A stretch of 63,345 nucleotides of DNA, filler included, from Welwitschia mirabilis (GCA_051453625.1; 4 parts of one record of this genome joined end to end with filler, not necessarily neighbours in it), one strand, 5' to 3'. Positions 24,787-38,212 are shown, counted from the first letter of the whole stretch. Made by a program: numbers and translations. The notes: generated from the letters alone by a model not told the origin.

Positions 24787-27700
24787 ATTTGGAATTTCTT
24801 CCTTTCTATAACATAATGTATCAAACTCATCATAAGTTGGCAAATATTGGTCAAGAGTTTCAAGCATGCTGGTGGAAGAGATCTGCAAGGTCAAACTCAT
24901 GGAGCTAAGTTTAACTGCAAGCTCATTCCAATACATGTTTTTTGAAGTGAGCATATGAATTAAAATCCATGGCACTAATTTTACATGCCATAACCACATT
25001 TAAGTGTTAATTCCAAACTTACCAAGTGAATGAATTTAGTTCATAGGTTTAACACCAATCCAATAATGTATAGATTAGTCATTGTGTTTACATCACAGAA
25101 AAAGCATTAGATATTAAATATGTTGTTCTTGTTATAGATCTGTGTTAAGTTTCCCTCCTGTTTTCTTTCTCTGGGTTTTTTTAGCGACTTTCTACTCTAT
25201 GGCAAAATGAGATTCTACATTCATTTCTTAATTCTAGTAGAAAAAACTATCAGATTTTAATTGTATACCTTTTGAATTCTAGTGTCAGCTAGTGGAGTCA
25301 CTGTGTNNNNNNNNNNNNNNNNNNNNNNNNNNNNNNNNNNNNNNNNNNNNTTAATTAATTAANNNNNNNNNNNNNNNNNNNNNNNNNNNNNNNNNNNNNN
25401 NNNNNNGAAGTATAATTTAGTACCCGTCCTAAATTATACTTCTGAAATCTTCCCTCGCAAAACCTCCTACATCATTTCTTCTAAAATTTTGGTAAGAAGG
25501 GTGACTTATGGATTTATTTTCTTCTGCAAATGTTGCTAAGAAAGGTGTTTGCATGCACTTTGTTTTTTTGTAAGAACATCACATTGTTTGAGAGGAATTC
25601 TTGATATAAAAATGAGTTTTAGAGTAAGAAATTGAATTTTAAACTGAGGAAAAGCTGAAGTAATAGGCAAGCATACCTTGAAAAGAAGGACATTGATTCT
25701 TACATGCTTGTTATCCCATCCAAACTCATTAATGGTGTCATTTGCTTCAAGAGTCTTGCCATTAGTCTATATGCAATCTAAATATGAGTAGTTTCCTGAA
25801 GCTTTGTTCATTCATGAAGCACCCCATAGTAATTTGTCCTACAAATTTTAAGACGGATCTGTGGTTAACTATTTAGACTACAAATATGAGTTTGTTGTAT
25901 AAATAATCTAAGGCATTACAGACCTAATACCCATCAAAGTCATAGTACTATGGACAGTAACTCTCTAAACTTATTGAATGCCTAAATATCTTTTACAGAC
26001 CAACATAACACATGTGGGATTCTATTGTTTTCAAAGTATTGGTTTTGGCTAAGCATGTATGTTTGTTAGATCAAACTTTATTAAATTAAAAAATACAACT
26101 TTTGCAAGAGTTAAAGATAGACCTCTGCATCTTTGAAAGTGCTTTATATTTAGATAAATAAAGTTTATTTTTCATTCAAGTTCAATGGAAACTAGAGAAA
26201 AGAACAACCCACAAAGAGATGAATTAAGGAGAAAGGACATAAAAAGATGTGAATGGAATGATAAATAGAAATTAATGGAAAAGTTAGTTTTGCAGACATA
26301 ACTAGGCAGATGCTCAAATAATAAACATGAAGATGATGATATCAAGAAGAAGAAGAAGGAGTTGTTAGTACTATTCTACCTCATAAAAGAGATGGCATCT
26401 CAAAAGACTAGAGCTATCACAGGGAAAAATAAGGTAGCACTAGCTTATAGGAAGGGCATCAACTGGAATGTATGTCTTAAGATTAGACTCAAGCAAGTTC
26501 AGTTTCATTTTCAACAAAAATAGTAGTTATTCCATAAGTGTATCCTCTAGATCATTGATTTAAGGTTTTGATGGACATATCTATACCCAATGTAGATATT
26601 ATCTAACATTTTATTCTTAAAGCAAGTGTCTACATCATGCTAACATTTTTAATATCATTATCATACCTACAAAGATGCTTTGCATAAGCCACTGCATCCC
26701 TTCTTTCCTTGTGTAATTTTTAATTAATGTGCTCCACCAATTCTTATGATTTATTTTTCATGCTCATGCCTCTTTTTTTTCTCATACATCTCCCTTGTGC
26801 TTCCACCTCCCTTCTCTTTCTATGTCTTCTTCTTATTCTTTTCATTTATTATTTTAATTATAAATAAATAACCATTACTCCCTTCAATTTGAATGCACTC
26901 ATATTTTAAACTATACATGAATAAAAAATAATACAATCATAGCTAAACCTCATTACACATATTGACCTCATCCTCTGTGTTATCTTTACCAAATCATTGT
27001 TTCTTATTTTTTTTTTATTAATTTATCCTTTATATGTACCAAGTGATCTCTTTGACTATTCAGCTCTTTCTTTGTTAAGAATTCTAGTATAATGATTAAA
27101 GGGTTTTATGTTAAAGATTCTATTTTACTCTATTTTCTTTATTTCTTATTTTTAATCTACTCAAGGCCATTTTTCTATCTATGGAGTCAGAATGATGAAT
27201 TTCTTTGTGTATTTTAATTTATAGATAAACAAAGGANNNNNNNNNNNNNNNNNNNNNNNNNNNNNNNNNNNNNNNNNNNNNNNNNNNNNNNNNNNNNNNN
27301 NNNNNNNNNNNNNNNNNNNNNNNNNNNNNNNNNNNNNNNNNNNNNNNNNNNNNNNNNNNNNNNNNNNNNNNNNNNNNNNNNNNNNNNNNNNTTAAAAATA
27401 ATTGATATCTAATCCCAAAAGCTTGAAATCAATGATATTTCTAAATAAAATTGCTTAACAAAACCCAATGAACATAAACAATATTTTGAAAACTTCCTAA
27501 ACAAAAAATTTTTGCAAAAGTAATGCTTTAACTCAAATTCACTAAACATATAAGGCATTAAACATTATTATAGAAAGGTTAATGCCATTTATGATTCATT
27601 TACTGAAAGGATTATTTCCAATCTTTGAACAAGAATATTCTATAGAAGGAGATGTCAGTGCTCAGATAATGATCATGTTAGTGCTAGTTTGCATATCAAA

Positions 27701-29249
27701 TTCAATAGTATACATTAATGATAAGGCTTTCAAAATATCAGATGGTATTCGCATAGAGAGTATCCTACTAGTGTTCTCTCTTTACACCTCCATCCTCTTC
27801 CGTTCATCCTTTTGCATTGACATGCTCCATCCTCCTCTTTCTTCTTCTTTTCCAAATCCATGCCCTTCCTCTTCTTTTCCTTTAGCATCGACGCCACAGT
27901 TTTCCATTCCAACTGCACATGCAACATATCATATGCTTACTGCACTAATTCAACATACTAACAAGCATTCTCATACTTTTTCTTCCTTTCAGGTAACCGA
28001 AAAACCTCAAGAACAGTAACAAAATTCTACCAAATGCTAGAAGATTTTAGGACTTTAAATGCATTAAAATTTTAGAGGAATCAACGTGTAGAGCACTTAC
28101 CACAGAGCAAGAAAGGAAAAAAGAAATTATGACTTGGATGAAATGTTTAAACAAAAATATAATGTCAAGGGACATAATTAAAATAAAGTAGAAAAGAAAA
28201 TGAAAAGAAGTTGTAACAACAATATATGAAATTGTTAAAATCAAGATGCAAATGCAAGAAACACAGTAGGATATTTCATTAACTTATCAAAAATAAGGCA
28301 GAAAAGAAGCAAATAAGAAGTTGCAATGATAACAGAGGAAATCATCTAAATAAGGATTTAAACATAGAAGATGTTACCCCGAAAAATTATTAGAATGAAA
28401 ACAACAGATATCAAGCCTCACACCCTATCACATTTGTAGAAAATAGTCTTGCAACAAACTTGAAAAATTATACATACCTACACTGCATTAAGAGGCATTA
28501 AGAACCCTTTCTACAGCATCCTGAGCTTTCTAATGCCAGTGACATTGAAAAACATTCACCGATGTAGAGTTTTAAACTATATTTATTATACTTTTTAGAT
28601 CTAGAAGATAATTATTGGCATAGTTTAGATGAGAAACTTGCACTGCCTTTGATATTTCTAAGGGAGAAGAACCTTACTTGTCCTCAGGCATCAAAGACTT
28701 ACAAAGAGGAATCCTGAGTATTCATGAAAAATCTAGACATTGTCATACATTCACTGAGGTGAGAACATATGGATCTTTTATTACATCATTAGGATCCATG
28801 CTGATGACTCTGTTTATGATTTCAATGAACTGCTCATGGCTTTCTAATGTATTCCTTCTCAGAAGAATGTTTTGACATCTCTTGCATACCAAGTTAAGGT
28901 TTCTGGCTTGGATCTATATCTGGAATCTCTAATCACAAGCTTTCTTCCTTCATTTAAGATCTTTTCTACATTTTCTATTACATATTTCAAGCTTTTAAGC
29001 GACAATGTCCTATATAGATAACCTTACATAAAGAGGCCTCCTACAAGAAGGGTCTAGCATTCTCTCAACATTCCAAAAAAAATTCATTCTTCCAAGCTTA
29101 ACATAGTCCTTGAAGACCTTTTAACATTTCTTTTTCCACTTGCTCATGTCATTAGAACACCTATCAGGGCATCATAGGTGTTTCTCCTCAATGTTAATGG
29201 ATGCTATTATAGCCGTTCTTCTTCCCACAGTGCTTCTTTTTTTAACTTT
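24787..29249 (-). pseudogene. Decayed multi-exon gene of unknown family containing a WRC zinc finger; candidate exons 29249-28678, 28576-28478, 27912-27604, 26462-26380, 25838-25677, 25523-25424, 24882-~24787
   Basis: GC-richer blocks are bounded by AG/GT splice sites within AT-rich introns. The frame continues across 26380>25838>25523 (DALPIS*CYLIFPCDSSSLLRCHLFYE|DKLLWGAS*...[34 protein letters not shown]). Many in-frame stops. The last candidate exon lies across a contig join. Confidence 0.6.
27730..27912 (-). pseudogene. WRC-domain coding segment (C3H zinc finger of the GRF/JmjC WRC family)
   Basis: CKRMNGRGWRCKERTLVGYSLCEYH has the C-x9-C-x10-C-x2-H spacing and the W-R-C signature. It is preceded by a TGCAG acceptor and followed by a stop. 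Confidence 0.85.
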
Positions 29250-30162
29250 CTACATGTGAACAAACTAGAAAGAGCAGTTAAAGAAAAACCTTAACTAGAT
29301 AAAAAAACTAGAAAGAGCAGTGTAGATTAGATATAAAGGAAAAACTAGAAAAACTAGAAAAAACAAGAGTTGAGTTTAAACTTAACCTTAATCCAATAAG
29401 CCTAGAATCTAAATTAGATATAAAAGAAAATGAGGTAATAAATACTAAATAAATAGGAAGATGAATAAATGAATAATAAGAATCATCATCATGGATGAAT
29501 ATCAAAGCAACTGGCTTAGTCCAAAACTCCAGATCTCTCATCAATTTTCATCACTGCATTTTGACATAATTAAGAGGATGATTGTTGTAGTATGTTTCAC
29601 GTAGAAATTGAGTGTATGCAGAGGCCATTTGGATTCTATTAGCAGTCAAGCGATGGTTAACATGATGACTCTGTCTTCTTTCCTACCTTATTTTCTGTCA
29701 AGAAGTAAGTGACAAAAATAGTGAGTAGAGAAATATTGCAAGGAAATGGATAAATACAGAGAAAGTATAGAAGAATTACAAAATGATTAGCATNNNNNNN
29801 NNNNNNNNNNNNNNNNNNNNNNNNNNNNNNNNNNNNNNNNNNNNNNNNNNNNNNNNNNNNNNNNNNNNNNNNNNNNNNNNNNNNNNNNNNNNNNNNNNNN
29901 NNNNNNNNNNNNNNNNNNNNNNNNNNNNNNNNNNNNNNNNNNNNNAGAAGTTTCTTTAGCAGTGATGTTATTAGGGTTTTCAGTTTGCACATGTCATTTC
30001 TTCACATTTTTACATGTTTTTACTCTTCTTGCTACCAAATCGAAAAAATGAGAGTCAAGGGTTGTTTGCCACTAAATGGAGAAAATGATTGATAATCAAG
30101 GGTTTTTTTCCTATCAAATGCAAAAACCTAGTGTCGAGGATTTTTTATTTGTTTTAAGAAAG

Positions 30163-30290
30163 TTTTTAAGGCATTTGTTGCTTAAACGCCTTAAAAACAA
30201 AACAAGTGTGCCTTTTAAGGCGTTTATTTCAACAAACTGGTCAAAATGATACTCTTTTCAAGGCGTTTATTAAAATAAATGCCTTAAAAA
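30163..30290. repeat. CACTA/EnSpm-like subterminal repeats (5 copies of TTTTAAGGCGTTT in both orientations)
   Basis: Copies at 30163-30176 (+), 30184-30197 (-), 30213-30225 (+), 30255-30268 (+) and 30277-30290 (-). No CACTA terminus is visible; Athila-type sequence begins right after. Confidence 0.6.
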
Positions 30291-30294
30291 GGTT

Positions 30295-30900
30295 TCCATG
30301 ATGAAGAAAGTACAACCACTACCAGAAGAGTAAGAACTCATAAAGCATGATTAACTAACCCCTCAGTGAAGTTACCATAACTACTAACACTACTAAAGGT
30401 CCCTCTTAGAAAAGGTAGAACATTATGATGNNNNNNNNNNNNNNNNNNNNNNAAAATATCATTGTCATTATTTATTTTTTTCCTTCTTCTCTCTCCCTCC
30501 CCCCACCCCCCTTTTTTTTAATTGAAGTAATAGAAGTAAATCCCACATGACTAAGTACTTTTAAGAATAAGAGTGAATTAATGAGATGATAAATAAGGAA
30601 GAACATACTTAAACAACTAAATACTTTTACCACTAAGAGAACACACAAGAACCAAGGCATCCTCCTTTAAAATGAAGTTCATAGACATATGAATGTCTTA
30701 AGATTATGTAAATTCAATCTTCTCACTATGAAATGCATAAGTAAAGATTGTTAGTCATGTTAACTTAATAAATTAATACATAAATCAAGTTAAAGATGTT
30801 CAAGTAATAATATAATATCCACCAAAGAAATAGGTTAAGGAAGAATTTAAACAATGATAGGAGAAAAGTCCTTCTGATTAACGGGACTTTCAAAATAAGT
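30295..30900 (-). mobile_element. Athila-like 3' non-coding internal fragment
   Basis: 30300-30430 aligns with 8535-8700 (GTACAACCACTACCAGAAGAGTAAG vs GTGCAACCACTATTAGAGGAGTAAG). Confidence 0.55.
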
Positions 30901-30909
30901 GCTTCTATC

Positions 30910-32522
30910 TGTTACGATTCTATTTTTTCCAATTGATGACAAACTAATATGATTTTTGTAGAATTAAAAGTGATTTTATAGGTGCAAAAAACTACCAGAT
31001 TAATATCTAAGAGATAGCAAGATTTGGACATGTTCTGGTTAAAGTAACTTCAGTTTTTGTCCAAGGACTTAATGTAGAAGCCGATCAAACCTAGAAATAC
31101 GCATTTTAGACTATTTCATGTGGGGTTAATCAAATTTTTAAGGGGTCTACTAGATATGAACATGCATTTTTCAAGCTTTCTAATATGTACTATATCCCAT
31201 GGAATCGACCAGACTCATGTGGGGTCGACCGGACCTAGAGGAAAGTGGTCAACTAGATTTTTGATGGGATTAACTAGACCTATAACCTCAAGTGCTAGTA
31301 TTCCTAAACCAAATGGAAAGGGGTTAACTAGATGTTCTAAGGGTTCAATAGAATAGCACGAAACCAAAAATTTTAAAGTGATTTTCTAACTGTTACTACA
31401 CCAAGTATATCCATTACAAATGTCAGATTCGTGTCCATCTAGTCAAACAGTTATATTTTACAGAAATCTATAAATAAGAGGCAATATTCAAAAATCCTAG
31501 AGCTTGAAATTGGATTGGAGTTTTTGAAAGGAAGGTTGCACTCTTGATCTAAAGGGATTATTTGTGTATTATCATTCTTCTCTCACTTAGCACTTATCTT
31601 TGTATCAGATCTAAGCATTAAGGCTCCATTGCTAGTTCTTTCACTTGAGTGATCTAAAGCATCGAGGCTTCATTCTTTTACTCACTATTATGCATTTCTA
31701 AAGGTTGAAACTTAGCTTATAAAAGTTTGTTTAAAGAGGTTAAGACTTAGCTTGCAAAAGTCCACTTTGTAAGGGTTACAGGTGAACCTGAAAAAACCTG
31801 TGAAGTAAGAGAGATATAATATCAAGCTTGGGAGAAGCTAATCATCAAGAGTGGAGGAGGGTGTATCCTAAATCACTATAAATCTTATCTTGTGCTTTTA
31901 TTTTGATTCTGATTTTTATTTTATTTTGTTATATCTTTTTATGCATAATTCCTTTTGATAGTAATAATTATTTGAATATTTTAGAACTCCTATTCACCCC
32001 CCCTCTAGGGTTCACGATCCTACAATTAGTATCAAAGCTCTAATTTGAGTCAACTCTAAGATTTTAACTAATATTTGACTCAATAACCCTAGCCATGAGT
32101 TGTCTTGTAGGAGGTTTCTCTGTTTCTAGACCTTCACTGTTTGATGGAATAAACTATGGATACTAGCAGGCTAGAATGACGATTTTCTTAAGATATCTTG
32201 ATTTAGATTATGAGAATCTTTTGATCACAGGTTATAGCCATCTTATCACAACTCAAAAGGATGTTAATGACAATTCTTTAGTAGTATTGAAACCAAAAGA
32301 TAAATGGACTAGATTAGATAAAGCTAATGCTACTATTGATACTACTACTTTAAATGAAAGTTTTTGTGCTATGAATGTAGATGAGTTCAAGAGGATAGTG
32401 AACTACCAAACTATCAAAGAAGCATGGGATATTCTTACTATTGCTCATGAAGGAACATCCACTGTTAAGCAAGAAAAGATGCAGATGCTAACTACAGAAT
32501 TTAAAGAGATTAAGATGAATGA
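30910..32522 (+). mobile_element. SIRE/Sirevirus copia 5' LTR (30910-32024), PBS and gag, cut by a contig join
   Basis: The LTR runs TGTT...TTGATGACAAAC to the U5 motif CTATTCACCCCCCCTCTAGG...TACA, with GGTCGACC-type palindromic repeats at 31080-31340. A decayed PBS TAGTATCAAAGC lies at 32027-32038. Gag reads RPSLFDGINYGY*QARMTIFL...AKEAW-like. Confidence 0.9.
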
Positions 32523-32622
32523 NNNNNNNNNNNNNNNNNNNNNNNNNNNNNNNNNNNNNNNNNNNNTTAATTAATTAANNNNNNNNNNNNNNNNNNNNNN
32601 NNNNNNNNNNNNNNNNNNNNNN

Positions 32623-33925
32623 TTACCTCCAAATTCCTCAATTGAAAATCTATAAATACCCTTTTCCTCCTTCATTTCCTCCCCCTCTTTTGTACCCAAT
32701 ACTTGTGATGAAGGATTGAAGGGCAAGAGATCCATTTAGTGCTACAGAAAGGAGTCTCCTTGATGTCAAAATGTGTCCCTCTCATTGAGGTGTTATTGTT
32801 CTGATTTTTAATTGGATGTTGTTTTGATTTCATTTGGATTAATACAATTTCCTCTTTTATTTCATTATTTTTTATGTCCCTTATGATTTAAGTTGGTCTA
32901 AGTTAGTGACAAGCTTTAATTTATTTAGATTATAAGAGTAACCTTTGTTAAGGTTGACCTTGATTAGTAGTAGTAGATTTGCATTTCTTTCTTATTATTT
33001 TCATATTGTATTTCATGTTCTACTTAGATAGATCTCATAGTTTATATTGATTAAGAATTAGTAGATACTCTTCTTACTTGATATANNNNNNNNNNNNNNN
33101 NNNNNNNNNNNNNNNNNNNNNNNNNNNNNNNNNNNNNNNNNNNNNNNNNNNNNNNNNNNNNNNNNNNNNNNNNNNNNNNNNNNNNNNNNNNNNNNNNNNN
33201 NNNNNNNNNNNNNNNNNNNNNNNNNNNNNNNNNNNNNNNNNNNNNNNNNNNNNNNNNGGCAAGAGATCCATTTAGTGCTGCAAAAAGGAGTCTCCTTGAT
33301 GTCAAAATGTGTCCCTCTCATTGAGGTGTGATTGTTCTAATTTGTAATTGGATGTTGTTTTGATTTAATTTGGATTAATACAATTTCCTCTTTTATTTTA
33401 TTATTTTTCATATTTCTTATGATTTAAGTTGGTCTAAGTTAGTGACAAGCTTTGATTTATTTAGATCATAAGGATAACCTTTGTTAAGGTTGACCTTGAT
33501 TAGTAGTAGGAGATTTGCATTTCTTTCTTATTATTTCATATTGCATTTTATATTCTACGTAGATAGATCTCATANNNNNNNNATTCTTACTTAGATAGAT
33601 CTCATAGTTTATGTTGGTTAAGAACTAGTAGATGCTCTTCTTAATTGATATAAGTTATAAAGAAAGTAGTCTTTGTGATAGAAAGACTAGGATCTAAGTG
33701 GGATCTATTTCCATTTCCATTCTCTTGCATTCATCTCCATTTAGCATTGCATTTATTTGTTTATTTTCTTTCAGTTTTTTATAAGATAAAAAGACTAAAT
33801 ATATTTTGGCAAATCAATTCTCTAACTCTAAGCCTAGTGCCTTCATTAGATTACAACATTTGGATGAACTCCCATCTATACTAGAGTGTGTTTTTTGTAA
33901 TTTACATGATTGTGAATTAATCTTA
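32623..33925 (+). mobile_element. Partial Athila-family LTR, + orientation
   Basis: Matches 11590-12300 (e.g. AAGCCTAGTGCCTTCATTAGATTACAACATTTGG...CATCTATACTAG). Part of it is duplicated across a gap. Confidence 0.75.
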
Positions 33926-33929
33926 GGTT

Positions 33930-36900
33930 ATGACTAATTTGATTTTGGTTTTGAAATTTTAAAAATTTTTGGTTGAAAACACAAACTTCTTCATATATTT
34001 TCTCCTTATATGTTGGTAATAGTGGATAATCCTTGGTTATGTGATAGTTGTCCTTTGATAAGTTACATGTTGGTATAACACTCTTCTCAGTTATTGATTT
34101 GCATCTAGAATTATCTTAGTATACTTCTCTAGAGTTTTTTTAAATTCTTTATTCGAATTTATAGGGTTCTCTTCTATTTTGTTTACCTCCTTTTCTTGTT
34201 TTACTTCTTTTAAATCTTTGATGGTTTATCCTACAGTGTGGTTATCTCTTGATGTTGGCTAAGTTTGACTTACCTCCACAAGTTTTTTTAATGTTTATCA
34301 AGCATTTTTTAGTGTGAGGTTTACTATATTTCCACCACAAGATAAATCTATAAGTCATTTTATTTGGTAATTTAGCCTACTATAAAAGTATTCAACTAGC
34401 TCTTTTTGTGTAAAAGCATCTATTAGATTGGAGTGAATTATGATAAAAAAGCATTTGTATGTGGAAGAATATTCCTCATTTGATTTTTGTTGGAAATTTA
34501 TAACTTCATTTTTACTTTTCCTAATAGTTTTTAACTCATAAATATTTTAATGAATACTTTCTAGACTTTATTTCCAATGTTTAGACAGTTATGGGGTATA
34601 GATTTCAACCAAATTTTTTCTTTTTCTTTCAACATAATAGGAAAAATGGCCATATAAGTATGATCACTAATCCTTTTCTTTCCATTTCCATAGATAAGAA
34701 CTAACTGTTCAATGTCCACAATGTGTTGGAGGGGATCCTCATCATATTTGCCACTAAAGATGGAATAGTCATTTGAATTCTTTAAGTCAATATCATCTCC
34801 TAGGGGTAAATCAAAAGGAGTTTGTATTTCTCATTTCCTGTTGACTATTAATTCCTTAAGAGTAAGGTTCACATTAGGACCAGGGATTGAAGAACCAATG
34901 ACTTACTTTTTTTTTTTGCATAGCATTTGACATAGTAAGACTATCTTCTTCTGAATTATCTTCTAAAAAAAATTCTTTTATAGATTGGATTCAAAAAAAA
35001 TGACTTAGAGGGGATATTGTATGCACTTTAAGATTGTGTTCCTGACTCTAATTTAAAATCTACCAATCCTTNNNNNNNNNNNNNNNNNNNNNNNNNNNNN
35101 NNNNNNNNNNNNNNNNNNNNNNNNNNNNNNNNNNNNNNNNNNNNNNNNNNNNNNNNNNNNNNNNNNNNNNNNNNNNNNNNNNNNNNNNNNNNNNNNNNNN
35201 NNNNNNNNNNNNNNNNNNNNNNNNNNNNNNNNNNNNNNNNNNNNNNNNNNNNNNNNNNNNNNNNNNNNNNNNNNNNNNNNNNNNNNNNNNNNNNNNNNNN
35301 NNNNNNNNNNNNNNNNNNNNNNNNNNNNNNNNNNNNNNNNNNNNNNNNNNNNNNNNNNNNNNNNNNNNNNNNNNNNNNNNNNNNNNNNNNNNNNNNNNNN
35401 NNNNNNNNNNNNNNNNNNNNNNNNNNNNNNNNNNNNNNNNNNNNNNNNNNNNNNNNNNNNNNNNNNNNNNNNNNNNNNNNNNNNNNNNNNNNNNNNNNNN
35501 NNNNNNNNNNNNNNNNNNNNNNNNNNNNNNNNNNNNNNNNNNNNNNNNNNNNNNNNNNNNNNNNNNNNNNNNNNNNNNNNNNNNNNNNNNNNNNNNNNNN
35601 NNNNNNNNNNNNNNNNNNNNNNNNNNNNNNNNNNNNNNNNNNNNNNNNNNNNNNNNNNNNNNNNNNNNNNNNNNNNNNNNNNNNNNNNNNNNNNNNNNNN
35701 NNNNNNNNNNNNNNNNNNNNNNNNNNNNNNNNNNNNNNNNNNNNNNNNNNNNNNNNNNNNNNNNNNNNNNNNNNNNNNNNNNNNNNNNNNNNNNNNNNNN
35801 NNNNNNNNNNNNNNNNNNNNNNNNNNNNNNNNNNNNNNNNNNNNNNNNNNNNNNNNNNNNNNNNNNNNNNNNNNNNNNNNNNNNNNNNNNNNNNNNNNNN
35901 NNNNNNNNNNNNNNNNNNNNNNNNNNNNNNNNNNNNNNNNNNNNNNNNNNNNNNNNNNNNNNNNNNNNNNAAATAGAAAACAATAAAAAATAAAATTAAA
36001 AATAACTAACAGTTGTCTGTTTAATTGCAGGGATGATGGAGGGGATGACAAAAACAGAAAGTAGAAAGAGAAAATAGAAAATTAGTAGAAAGCATAAAAT
36101 AGACAACTGTCATCCACCTTGTCATGAGGATATAGTGGAGATGATAATTATTTTTATGCTGATAAAGCTACAAGGAAAAAAAGGTTACATACAAAAATTA
36201 AAATGAGAAAACTGTGTCATCATTCTTAGTGTTATGAAGACAATAGAAAGGATGATAAACTTTTATTTCTAACTGAGAAAAATAGAAAATTGTGAACTAA
36301 AAACTTACAATTTCTAAATAGAAATACAATGCTGCTATAGATAAATATCTAAACTAAAATCTGGTTTACTCACCTAAGTGATGACAATCCTCATACTTCT
36401 TATCATCCTTCCCTCATCAATGGTGTCAAGATGTTGCAATGTGTATTTTTATAATTCTTTACATCAAACTGAATCCTATTAATCAAATAGATATATTACA
36501 AAATATGATACGCTAAGATAAATGGAAGTGACTCAAATGTTATAAACCTGTTGAAGGCATGTAAGAGAAGAAGGAGAATTGATTTTCAAGAAAATATTAT
36601 ATCCTAACTTAAGACCAATTCAAAAAAATAAATATATAATATAATGCAAATGCGAATTAATCTAGATGAATAATTATTCGATTACCAAATTAACTTNNNN
36701 NNNNNNNNNNNNNNNNNNNNNNNNNNNNNNNNNNNNNNNNNNNNNNNNNNNNNNNNNNNNNNNNNNNNNNNNNNNNNNNNNNNNNNNNNNNNNNNNNNNN
36801 NNNNNNNNNNNNNNNNNNNNNNNNNNNNNNNNNNNNNNNNNNNNNNNNNNNNNNNNNNNNNNNNNNNNNNNNNNNNNNNNNNNNNNNNNNNNNNNNNNNN

Positions 36901-38212
36901 NNNNNNNNNNNNNNNNNNNNNNNNNNNNNNNNNNNNNNNNNNNNNNNNNNNNNNNNNNNNNNNNNNNNNNNNNNNNNNNNNNNNNNNNNNNNNNNNNNNN
37001 NNNNNNNNNNNNNNNNNNNNNNNNNNNNNNNNNNNNNNNNNNNNNNNNNNNNNNNNNNNNNNNNNNNNNNNNNNNNNNNNNNNNNNNNNNNNNNNNNNNN
37101 NNNNNNNNNNNNNNNNNNNNNNNNNNNNNNNNNNNNNNNNNNNNNNNNNNATATTCTAACTTAAGAACAATGCAAGAAAATAAATATATAATATAATGCA
37201 AATGTGAATTAATCTAGATGAATAATTATTCGATTACCAAATCAACTTGTCAGAAAGATTAGCCTTGTATAACCTATATTAGCCAAGGAGAGTATCACTA
37301 ACTAAGACTGACTTAAGCTATCAAGTAAGTTAAATAAAGTGCAATGTAAAATGTTTCTAAACTACTGTTATCAACCTTAATAAAGGTTCCCTTTAAGATC
37401 TATATCGTTAATGAGACTGTCACCGAATCAAAAACAACATAAATCATAAGGGATATTAATAAAGTAAATGCATAAAAGAAAGCAAAGTTTGTATTACAAA
37501 TCAAACTAGCATCTAGGTTATAAAATAATTGACCTCAATGGAGGATGCATAACCCAATGCCAAGGAAACATCTTTCTACAACTCACAATATGGATCTTCT
37601 ATCCTTTCATCTCCTATCATGCTAATGTTTGATGCAAATGAATATGATAAGAGAGTCGAACGAGGGGTTTATTTATAGGGCGGAGAAGAGGAAATAATCA
37701 TACAAAATGCATCATTAAGAATACTCAAATCCAAGAAAGAAATAGGTAAAATAGATGAGGGTCAATTGGCTATTTTAGATGTCATCCTGACTATCGTGGA
37801 GATGATCAAAGAGATGATGGCACATGCATAATATTTTTCATCTTGCATGTATTGAGGATGACCATGAGGATGACACCCCTTTAGAAACAATGAATTTAGT
37901 AGTACACCTTTAGTACACATTAGCACTCCTATGTGGCTTATACATTGTTGTCATCCTACCTATCATGGGAAACGACAGTCCTCTTTGACCTTTCAACTCA
38001 AGAGAAGTTATCCTCTAGTATTATTGATCTTCCTCCAAAGTACTGAGCATCAGAATGTGCTTGATATGCCTCTAAATATGCCAAGAATTGTGTATTTTAA
38101 TGATCATTCATAAACCCTTCATAATCCTTAAAATTGCATCTAAACCTATATAAATGTCCTACAAAATATCTTATAACACTTCATCAAATACATACAATTT
38201 AGCAGTGCATCA
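33930..38212 (-). mobile_element. Athila-like element, 5' part (5' LTR 36432-38212, decayed PBS 36411-36428, 5' UTR, gag 33930-35070)
   Basis: Gag reads DLPLGDDIDLKN...FSGKYDEDPLQHI...ELVEYFYS. The PBS TGACACCATTGATGAGGG follows the LTR end, and the LTR starts TGATGCACTGCTAAATTG at 38212. Confidence 0.8.

Noticed and set aside
25407..25442. Perfect 14-bp hairpin GAAGTATAATTTAG-N8-CTAAATTATACTTC
   Set aside because: One arm begins exactly at a contig end, so a fold-back or assembly artefact is likely. It cannot be supported as a terminator or TE end, and it makes the 25424 splice donor less certain.
27730..27927. Calling the WRC segment a GRF or JmjC gene
   Set aside because: No QLQ or JmjC motif was seen nearby and the frame is broken, so no gene symbol is assigned.
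27582..28019. 145-aa plus-strand ORF
   Set aside because: It is the antisense shadow of the WRC exon and has no recognisable motif of its own.
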